From an uncultured Erysipelotrichaceae bacterium (GTDB taxonomy: Bacteria > Bacillota_I > Bacilli_A > Erysipelotrichales > Erysipelotrichaceae), in assembly GCA_942493105.1 (NCBI GenBank), contig OW818668.1, positions 1,950,001-1,982,000 on the forward strand: a DNA stretch of 32,000 nucleotides, in the 5' to 3' direction. A program made the translations under genes and the position numbers. Below the pieces are notes generated by a model. It did no database searches. It saw nothing but the letters and a program-made list of their open reading frames with translations, and was not told the origin of the DNA. Below, one piece after another: positions 7,719 to 15,200 of this stretch (positions within the stretch are counted from its first letter, which is position 1; each line of letters opens with the position of its first letter).

Positions 7719-7953
7719 AATCAATGTTCAAATCAATGTTTATGTTAAGTTTAATTTTAAGTTTAAATGGACGAATATTCAGAAATATCTAGAAAGAAAT
7801 AGAAATCAAAATCCTGATAGAATAAGGGAAAAGAAGAGATGGAAAGTTTAAGAAACCATTTAGGACCTCTCTCATGTCCTCCGACATAGTGAATAAAACC
7901 CTGATTCTATAAGGGTTTTTTGATGGTTTGTGACCATAGAATGACCATACAAA
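7719..7953. repeat. Composite repeat module B (type 2)
   Basis: Order of parts: doublet AATCAATGTTCA/AATCAATGTTTA (7719-7742); TTAAGTTTAATT/TTAAGTTTAAA (7745-7767, reverse complement of the module A/C AAACTTAAT doublet); GACGAATAT (7770-7778); TAGAAA repeats; decayed T1 copy (7808-7828); core CTCATGTCCTCCGACATA (7871-7888); hairpin (7895-7921); GATGGTTT; doublet TGACCATAGAA/TGACCATACAAA (7931-7953). It is collinear with module D. Confidence 0.85.
7895..7921. terminator. Hairpin of module B (bidirectional terminator candidate)
   Basis: Stem AAAACCCT / AGGGTTTT with a 9-nt loop. The plus strand has a T-run and the minus strand a TTTTA tail. It lies downstream of the 8179..9243 ORF and its extension. 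Confidence 0.6.
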
Positions 7954-7965
7954 TCGCAGAAAATA

Positions 7966-8178
7966 CTAACGGTATACCTTACCTTTCGTTTTTCGCGAAA
8001 TCATTTTCCATTTTATTCTTGTATTTAGGTAATTTTCATAAGTAAACTTTCCTAGACCACCGACACCTTGGGATTTTGTATCATCAATACAAAACAACTT
8101 TAAATTCTCTCTATAGACGTTATCTTCGAAAAGATTCTCGTTATTTAGATGTTTTGAAAGATAATTGACGAACTCGTC
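7966..8178 (-). other. 70 open codons in the same frame immediately after the TAG stop of the 354-aa ORF
   Basis: Manual translation after the TAG at 8181..8179 gives DEFVNYLSKHLNNENLFEDNVYRENLKLFCIDDTKSQGVGGLGKFTYENYLNTRIKWKMISRKTKGKVYR, then TAG at 7968..7966. There is no plausible independent start or RBS. Confidence 0.4.
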
Positions 8179-9243
8179 CTAATGATCCTCCATGATAACC
8201 GCTACACTACCCAACGCATTTTGCCTACTTTCAGCTTCAGGTAATGCTGATAGATCTTTGTTGTATGACAATGCAATATAAATCAATCTATCAAAATCTA
8301 AAGCAGGTAATCGTTCGAATCCCCTCGGTTGACCATACCCGGTATTGTAAAGGAGTCTTTCTCTCCATCTTGAACCATCTGAGACTCTTATATATTCTGA
8401 ATCCTCGTTTGATCTCACTAACCCCAGTTGTTCAGTGCTTATCAGATCTTGGTTAAGGGGCATAAAGAAAAAGTTCTCATCTAAATCTACGATTCTCCCG
8501 AATAACTCAAGCTTGATTATTTCTCTTTGTGCTTTTTGTTTAAGAGAATTCAAGTAGTATCGCTCAAAAGACTTAGAGTACTTGAAACGTCTCATAAATA
8601 ATTCGTAACCGATAAATCCCTTGAGCTTTGGGAAACCATTGTGTCTGTAATTACAATCCCAATAACTCACCATATGGCAATATTCCAAATGAACAAAACC
8701 TTTATTTTCGTCGATGAACTCTTGGAACTTATCAAAATCAACGAGTTCAAAATTCTCATTGATCGAATGCAGGATCTCTATGATATATTCACCACCTAAT
8801 TTAACAATATATGGATAAACCCACACTGGGATATCTTCAAGTTGTAAGAGTTTCTCAACATATTCTTGACGGATATAGCCGTTATAGGACCTGGTAAAAA
8901 CACAATAAAGAATGATCTTTTGAATTACAGATAATTTTGCTATTTTGTCATCTGAAACTTTCTGTGCATAAAACCGCGAAGGGATAACCAAATCTTCTTG
9001 TTTATAATGGACAATACATTCACCTTTATAAAAGAAGTTCGAACCGTCTCTTCTGTCTCTCAACACTTCCATAACAGTGGCAACATCATTGTGCAAATCT
9101 TTAGGGAATGTGAGAAAAAGGAAATCTAGTTCAGATGGCTTGCTTAATTCTGGGCTTTCGATCTTCTTTAGTCTTTTCTTAAAAAACACAGAGTTCCCTT
9201 CCTTCTGAACTGTCTCACTTTTTGCGACAGTTCGGAGATACAC
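8179..9243 (-). CDS. Hypothetical protein, no family recognised (possibly a nonsense-interrupted longer gene)
   Basis: 354-codon ORF. The 9243 start is a GTG with no RBS. An internal GTG at 9189 follows GAAGGAAGGG and is a better start. The sequence is Tyr/Phe/Glu-rich with no TM segment or motif I can name. Confidence 0.6.
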   Translation of the reverse strand: MYLRTVAKSETVQKEGNSVFFKKRLKKIESPELSKPSELDFLFLTFPKDLHNDVATVMEVLRDRRDGSNFFYKGECIVHYKQEDLVIPSRFYAQKVSDDKIAKLSVIQKIILYCVFTRSYNGYIRQEYVEKLLQLEDIPVWVYPYIVKLGGEYIIEILHSINENFELVDFDKFQEFIDENKGFVHLEYCHMVSYWDCNYRHNGFPKLKGFIGYELFMRRFKYSKSFERYYLNSLKQKAQREIIKLELFGRIVDLDENFFFMPLNQDLISTEQLGLVRSNEDSEYIRVSDGSRWRERLLYNTGYGQPRGFERLPALDFDRLIYIALSYNKDLSALPEAESRQNALGSVAVIMEDH

Positions 9244-9603
9244 TCATCATTTTATACTTTACATAGATAATCCAAACAGTTATGTGCATTTTTTACACAG
9301 AAGTGATTTTCACACTAACACTTGAGTTAATTATGAACCAAAGTTAAATATTCATCAATACGAATCCTTATTTTGTATGTCAAAAAGATACTCGTAATAT
9401 TGGGTTCCTGCTATCTCGATACAATAGACAAGTCTAGAAGATCATATTTAAAACTCAAACTTAGTGACCATACAAATGACCATACAAAATGTAAACCACG
9501 GGAAACAATGGGAAAGGAATTGCTTAAATGTTCTTGAAATATCGGCTTTTGAAGGCCTGGGAAAGCCTTAATTCTCATCTCATGTCCTCCGCCATAAGTA
9601 CGC

Positions 9604-9630
9604 AAAGCCCTGATAGAATCAGGGCTTTTT
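9604..9630 (+). terminator. Hairpin T1 of module C
   Basis: Stem AAAGCCCTGAT / ATCAGGGCTTT with an AGA loop and T-run. Relative to module A, the A-to-G change in the left arm is compensated by a T-to-C change in the right arm. Confidence 0.7.
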
Positions 9631-9699
9631 GTATGTTTGCGTTTAATTTTGCGTTTATATTTAAACTTAATCTTAAACTTAACGATTTTAAACCATAAG

Positions 9700-9724
9700 A
9701 AAACCCTTTGTTTATAAGGGTTTT
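9700..9724 (-). terminator. Hairpin T2 of module C (terminator of the lipoprotein/blaR1/blaI operon)
   Basis: Stem AAAACCCTT / AAGGGTTTT, 50 nt downstream of the lipoprotein stop (9774). On the minus strand it is followed by TTTTCTT. Confidence 0.65.
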
Positions 9725-9773
9725 GACGAATATGGCGGAGGATATTATTTACTTGCTTGATAGATAATCAACT

Positions 9774-10229
9774 TTAATTAGGCTCACTTAGATAACCAAG
9801 AAAAGCATCAATGTCTGCTTTTTGAATTTGGTATAGACTATACTCCTGCTTACTTTGATCAAATAAGTCTAGTGAGGAAATATAAACATTATCTCCCTCG
9901 ATCAAGATGTATAGTTGACTTACCATTAATGAGTTTCCATTAAATCTGATTTGATATGTAAAAGTTCCCGGTCCACCCATAAGTTCACCAGCTTCTCTTT
10001 TTTTATTAATACTCATTGAGTGATTGATGATTGTGGATAACTCGGTTATTTCTACAGACTTGTCGATGATACGTATTGGCTCAGGTAAATAACTCGAATA
10101 GATCGGCATATACTGAAATACACCAATTTCAGTGATTACATCTGATTTTCCAAATGCATTAAATAGCTTCTGTGACGAACACGAAGCCAATGCTATTACT
10201 GCGATTAAAGTCAACATTAGTTTTTTCAT
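9774..10229 (-). CDS. Lipoprotein of unknown function
   Basis: Start re-assigned to ATG 10229 (MKKLMLTLIAVIALASCSSQ), which gives a signal peptide plus lipobox LASC. It is preceded by CGGAGAATGTC. The track extension to 10325 overlaps the blaR1-like gene. Confidence 0.75.
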   Translation of the reverse strand: MKKLMLTLIAVIALASCSSQKLFNAFGKSDVITEIGVFQYMPIYSSYLPEPIRIIDKSVEITELSTIINHSMSINKKREAGELMGGPGTFTYQIRFNGNSLMVSQLYILIEGDNVYISSLDLFDQSKQEYSLYQIQKADIDAFLGYLSEPN

Positions 10230-10270
10230 GACATTCTCCGTACGATATTTTACTATCTCTATATCTATCG

Positions 10271-10286
10271 TACTATTGTAATAGTA
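10271..10286. promoter_or_regulatory. BlaI-type operator palindrome inside an internal promoter for the lipoprotein gene
   Basis: TACTATT-GT-AATAGTA has the same half-site (TACTAT) as the palindrome upstream of blaI. On the minus strand it lies in the 17-nt spacer between TTGACA and TACGAT. Confidence 0.5.
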
Positions 10287-10302
10287 TATTGTCAAATAAC
10301 AT

Positions 10303-11229
10303 CTATAAATTCGCAAGAAGAACAAAGTAAGATATGAAAATAACTATAATCAGTGCCCAAACTGTGTACATCCTATTTGGCTTGTACTCTAATTGAGTCT
10401 TGATCCGACGGATTAAGGGATGTTCAGAGAATCCCGAGCCTAACTGTATGCCCCTGTTCTGGTTGAAAAGAACGACTGTCTCAAGATATTTCTTTTGATT
10501 TACCTTACCTATCCAACGTATCGCTTCTCGATCGGCTTCGATCTCCAGGTCTTCACTAAAGCGATTAAAACACATCCAAACCAAAGGATTGAACCAATGA
10601 ATCGAACATACCACCAATCCGAATAATCTCTTCAGATTATCAAAGTTAACCTGATGTGCCTTTTCATGGTGAATTATATAATCAAAATAGTCCATTTCGA
10701 AATGAACCGGGAGAAGTACACTTGGTCTGAATATTCCAAACAAGAAAGGACCGGATATGTCAACATTCTCATACACCTTGATATCATGAAATACCCCAAG
10801 AAATTTTGAATGCTTAATTAATTTACGATGGTTGATCGTTGACATAATGAATGAGTCTAAAATAGCAATTACTCCTAAAATCCAAAGAATTGAGATGATC
10901 TGAAAGAACATGAGAATCAGATTCGATTTAAATGTTATTGGGTGATAATTGACAGCTTGACTAATGATGTTTGAAAAGTAAAATGGATTCAATCCTTGTG
11001 TTGAGGTGATATTGATACCAAGCAATTTGTAAAACCTGACAATGCTGAATGAGGTCACATAGGAAGCCGGTATTACTAGTCTGATAGAAAGGATCAACCA
11101 CAATATTGCATTGATGATTGGATTATATCGGGCAAACTTTCGATACAGCAAAATCAAAAGCGCAACAAGGCTGCTTATAAGTGAAATATTGATTGTCCAA
11201 TAACTCCATTCAATCAACACTGGAAACAT
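10303..11229 (-). CDS. BlaR1/MecR1-like M56 family membrane metalloprotease lacking a C-terminal penicillin-binding sensor domain
   Basis: 308 aa with N-terminal TM helices and an HExxH zinc motif (IIHHEKAHQ) in the position typical of peptidase M56. It ends after one more TM helix. Its start abuts the blaI stop. Confidence 0.75.
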   Translation of the reverse strand: MFPVLIEWSYWTINISLISSLVALLILLYRKFARYNPIINAILWLILSIRLVIPASYVTSFSIVRFYKLLGINITSTQGLNPFYFSNIISQAVNYHPITFKSNLILMFFQIISILWILGVIAILDSFIMSTINHRKLIKHSKFLGVFHDIKVYENVDISGPFLFGIFRPSVLLPVHFEMDYFDYIIHHEKAHQVNFDNLKRLFGLVVCSIHWFNPLVWMCFNRFSEDLEIEADREAIRWIGKVNQKKYLETVVLFNQNRGIQLGSGFSEHPLIRRIKTQLEYKPNRMYTVWALIIVIFISYFVLLANL

Positions 11230-11231
11230 CG

Positions 11232-11594
11232 TTAGTCCTTAGAATCTTTTATTGTATTGAGAATTTTATCGATCTCTTCTTGACTGAGTTTTTGATTGCT
11301 CACGAAATGAGAAAAGAAAGTTGAAACTGAACCTTTATATAAACGATCGATCAAGGATTGAGTCGCATCCACTTGTTCTTGATCTTTGGCAACCATCGCC
11401 GAGCAAAAGAACTTAGGATCTGTTCTTCTAATATATTGTTTTTCGATTAATTTCTTAATGACTGTATAGGTTGTGTTTTTATTCCAACCATACATCTCCA
11501 TAGCTTTCTTAGCAAGCTCTGAGGCATATGCGTCTCCATAGGTCCAAAGCAAATCCATTACTTTTAGTTCGCTTTCATATAGCATTGTGTTCAC
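11232..11594 (-). CDS. blaI: BlaI/MecI/CopY family winged-helix repressor
   Basis: 120 aa. ESELKVMDLLWTYGDAYASELAKK...WNKNTTYTVIKKLIEKQYIRR is typical of penicillinase-repressor family proteins, and the gene is paired with an M56 protease gene. Confidence 0.8.
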   Translation of the reverse strand: MNTMLYESELKVMDLLWTYGDAYASELAKKAMEMYGWNKNTTYTVIKKLIEKQYIRRTDPKFFCSAMVAKDQEQVDATQSLIDRLYKGSVSTFFSHFVSNQKLSQEEIDKILNTIKDSKD

Positions 11595-11601
11595 CTAAAT
11601 C

Positions 11602-11621
11602 TATACTATCACGATAGTATA
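11602..11621. promoter_or_regulatory. Operator palindrome within the blaI promoter
   Basis: TATACTATC-AC-GATAGTATA is a perfect 9-bp inverted repeat. On the minus strand it sits in the 17-nt spacer between TTGTTG and TATAGA, about 25 nt upstream of the AGGTGA RBS. Confidence 0.6.
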
Positions 11622-11725
11622 TCAACAACAAGAGAAAGCTTTTGTATAATTTACATCTTTAGATTATTTAAGGCGCTTTCATTTATATAATTGAATAATT
11701 CAATTCAAGATTTTTGGATTAAAAG

Positions 11726-11943
11726 TTAAGTTTAATTTTAAGTTTAAATGGACGAATAATCAGAAAGATATAGAAATAGTTAGAAATCAAAACCTTGATA
11801 GAATAAGGAAAAAGAAGAGATGGAAAGGTTAAGAAACCATTTGGGTCCTCTCTCATGTCCTCCGCCATAGTACTCAAAACCCGCTAAATCAGCGGGTTTT
11901 TTGATGGTTTCTATCGCTTGTGACCATACAATGAACATACAAA
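11726..11943. repeat. Composite repeat module D (type 2, same architecture as module B)
   Basis: Order of parts: TTAAGTTTAATT/TTAAGTTTAAA (11726-11748); GACGAATAA (11751-11759); TAGAAA repeats; decayed T1 copy; core CTCATGTCCTCCGCCATA (11852-11869); hairpin (11876-11902); GATGGTTT; doublet TGACCATACAA/TGAACATACAAA (11921-11943). Confidence 0.85.
11876..11902. terminator. Hairpin of module D
   Basis: Stem AAAACCCGCT / AGCGGGTTTT with an AAATC loop and TT. The stem sequence differs from A, B and C but pairing is preserved. Confidence 0.65.
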
Positions 11944-12248
11944 TTTATTTTAACTAAATGAAGTCAAGTTAAACTCCCAAAACAATTCCAAAACTCTAAA
12001 TTTGTACTCTACATATTCTGGTTGAACTCATTTGGTCGAATGGTTCAGCTTAGTACATATACAGATTCAAATTTGTGGCTCTACAAAAGTCGACCTATTC
12101 CAGTTTTCATAACGTCTTTTTTTACATACAAAATTCATGAATTATGGTTAAGTTTAATTGTATATTTTGAATATGGGGACCAATCTCCCTTTTTAAAATG
12201 GATTTATAGTCAAAGTTATTCAAATGTCATATACGTTAAATTAATTCT

Positions 12249-15200
12249 TCAGTCTTGATTAAATTTGAATCCTTTTTGTTTGAATAACTTCACACATGTA
12301 TCTACCACATCGGCATCGAACTTTGTCCCTTTATGTCTTAAAATCTCATCTAGTGCAGCATCAATACCCAAAGCAGCACGATATGGACGATCTGAACTCA
12401 TGGCTTCAACGCTATCTGCTACCGCAACGATTCTACTTTCTAAGCGAATTTGATCCCCTACCAATTTATTTGGATAACCTGAACCATCCAGTCGTTCATG
12501 ATGTTGACATACAATGTCCGATACTTCAATTGGGAAATTGATATCTTCAATGATTTCGTGCCCTTGAGTAACATGCGTTTGTAGAATGGTAAATTCCAAT
12601 TCGCTAAGTTTTCCTGGCTTATTGAGATAATCAGCTGGAATCATGATTTTCCCAATATCGTGGATCAAAGATCCAAAATTTATATTCGTAATCCGATCTT
12701 GAGATAATCCCATTTCCGAAGCGATTGCACAAGATAATTGTTGTACTCGTCTTTGGTGTCCTGCGGTATACACATCTCTCATTTCACCAATTCTTGATAA
12801 GACATTGATCGATTCATTCAACATTTTGGTCAACTTTAAGTTACGCTCTTCTTTTCTATCTGAGATCAATTTAAAGATCATGAATAAAATGATAAAACCA
12901 ATGAATATATAGATGGCATATGCACCTGTTGTAAGCCACCAAGGAGGAGAAATAATAAGGCTTATAGATAACCCTTCTTCATTCCAAATTCCGTCTGAAT
13001 TGGTTCCTTTGATCTTAAGTGTGTAATTTCCAATCGGTAAATTCGAATAGTCCAGGAAATTTCGCGACCCAATTAATATCCAATCCTGATCAACACCTTC
13101 CAACTTATAAGCATATTGATTTCGATTGGGGATGGTATAATCCAATGATGCGAATTCAACATGGATATTCTTTTGCTTATAATTCAATGATATTTTTCCC
13201 TGATTAAATAATTCATTTCGATAATCAATCGTTTGATTCATTACTTTGAATCCAGTAATGACCATAGGAGGCAAATAGGTACTCTTACTAACTTTGGAAG
13301 GATCTATGACATCAAATCCATTGGGACCACCAAACAGCAAAATCCCATTCTTGGTGATCGTAGAAGCATTATTATTGTATCCGTTACCTTGCATACCATC
13401 CAAAAGGTCATAATTGGTGAAGATTGTTCTGTCAACATTCAAAGTAGAAATACCTTTGTTGGTACTGATCCACAATAGACCCGATGAATCCACTTGAATT
13501 GATCTAATGGTGTTGTTAGGCAAACCATCTTCAGTTGTATAAAGTTTAAATAATCCAGTTTCAATGTCGAATTGATTCAGCCCATATTGAGTGCCAATCC
13601 ACAAATGATGATCTGCATCTTCAGTGATACTGTGAATGATATTATCGCTTATGCTGTTATCTCCACTTGTTTGGTAAAGATAACGTGTAACTTTACCATT
13701 CAATCGGTTCATTTTATTTAATCCACTGTTCGTGCCAATCCACAAATTGCCTTCATGGTCTTCAAATAAGACATTGATCGTATCAGAACTTAACGTTTCC
13801 TTATTTTTAGGATCTGAATAATATCGGATGAAACGATCATTTTGAGCATCATACAGATTAAGTCCTTGTAAAGTCCCTACCCATAATTGTCCATCATGAT
13901 CTTTCAAAACGGATAATACTGTGTTATGACTTAGAGAATCTTCACGCTCGTCATTTTTATAGGTAATCCATTCATTGGTTACCTTATTGATTTTATTTAA
14001 TCCTCCAAGACTTCCGACCCAAATCGAGTTTCCATCTTCAACAATGGCAGAAAGATCACGATTTTCCTCTTTGGTGATATCAGACAAAAGATAGGTTTGA
14101 GTCTTGAGTTGAAGATCGATCTTATTAAGACCTCCGTTATTGGTACCCAACCAAATAACTCCTTGTGAATCTTCCATCATCGAGAAAATATTGGCATCAC
14201 TTAATGTATACCAAACATTAGAGGTGCTGCGATAGGATTCAAATTTACGCGGTTTGATGTTGATTTTACTGACTCCGCCTCCTCGCGTCCCAACCCATAA
14301 GTTACCAGATTGATCTTCAAAGATGACGCGAACGTCATTATTTCCAATACTACCATCATCATTATCATCATGAACCATCAATGTAAACAAACCTGTTTTT
14401 TTATCAAAAATATTCAGTCCACCAGAACTGCCTACCCAAAAATTACCCACACTGTCTTCATAAATACTAGTAATAACATCTTCTGTAGATTGACCATTGG
14501 TATGATAATAACATTGCGTTTCAGAAGTAACGGGATCAAGCGAACAAAGCCCCTTTTGAGTACCCAACCATAAAACACCATCCTTATCCCAATAAAGGGT
14601 CCTTACTCGATTTTGGATCGTATTAAAATGAGTAAAGGTCTCTGTAAGTGGATCAAAAAGATCCAATCCTTTATTAGTGGCTAGAAGTAATTTTCCATCT
14701 TGGGTTTCACTGATCCACCAAACACGATTATCACTTATACTGTTTGTATTGTCATCATGTAGAAATGATTTAAAAGTTTCTGTTTTTTTGTCAAATTTAT
14801 TTAAGCCTTTTGTATAAGTACCAAACCAAAAGGTACCACTTTTATCTTGATAGATACTATGAACACTGTTATCACTGATGCTGCTAGAATCCTCATCATT
14901 ATGAACATATGATTTAACAAGACCAGTTGTTGGATTAAGGACTTGTATCCCACCACCCCAAGAAGCAATCCATAAATTATTGTTTTCATCAACATATATA
15001 ACAGAACAATTTGCATTACCAATGGAACTGCTGGTTTGACCTCCACGATAAACTTCAATATGATATCCGTCATATTTATTTAGTCCATCTTCAGTTCCAA
15101 ACCATAAAAAACCCAATTTATCTTGGGTAATTGAATAAACCGTATCATGAGATAATCCTTCAAGAGATGTTATTTGTTCAAATTCAAGGTGATCATTGAA

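Larger units (their letters stand above)
9465..9742. repeat. Composite repeat module C (type 1, same architecture as module A)
   Basis: Order of parts: perfect doublet TGACCATACAAA x2 (9465-9488); variable roughly 90 nt; core CTCATGTCCTCCGCCATA (9579-9596); T1 (9604-9630); GCGTTTAATTTT/GCGTTTATATTT; AAACTTAATCTT/AAACTTAACGAT; T2 (9700-9724); GACGAATAT; inverted core TATGGCGGAGGA (9731-9742). Confidence 0.85.

Noticed and set aside
7790-7882. A small minus-strand ORF starting at the conserved GGAGGACATG: 28 aa in module B, 45 aa in module D (about 11723-11860), considered as a possible type I toxin
   Set aside because: The equivalent ATG in modules A and C is followed by stops after 5 and 2 codons. 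The SD-to-ATG spacing is only 2 nt. Most B-versus-D substitutions fall on codon position 2. This pattern fits non-coding sequence better, so no peptide is called.
9411-9605. 64-aa track ORF on the minus strand
   Set aside because: It lies entirely within repeat module C, across the core and the 12-bp doublets. It has no counterpart frame in the other modules and no credible start context.
11852-11869. A tRNA or tmRNA 3' end suggested by ...TCCTCCGCCA
   Set aside because: There is no complementary 5' acceptor strand about 70 nt upstream and no GTTCGAATC-type T-loop. The putative T-arm pairing seen in module B (AGGAC/GTCCT) is not conserved in module D.
5977-11943. A CRISPR array or classical integron as the explanation for the repeated modules
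   Set aside because: The repeats are 220-290 bp, composite, and 1.2-2 kb apart with whole genes between them, so this is not short-repeat/short-spacer periodicity. There are no cas genes, no intI and no attC-like R/L boxes with a GTTRRRY core. Only the general cassette-like layout is retained as a hypothesis.
12022-12258. 78-aa plus-strand ORF
   Set aside because: It has a TTG start, no RBS, and low-complexity AT-rich sequence in the intergenic region between module D and the HD-GYP gene. It also overlaps that gene's stop.
6438-15073. Short shadow ORFs inside the XRE, orphan and HD-GYP genes: 6438-6635, 8244-8456, 12265-12453, 12296-12541, 13019-13207, 13233-13478, 14310-14573, 14801-15073
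   Set aside because: They are embedded in or antisense to long ORFs with clear domain content. They have no RBSs and their peptides are low-complexity.
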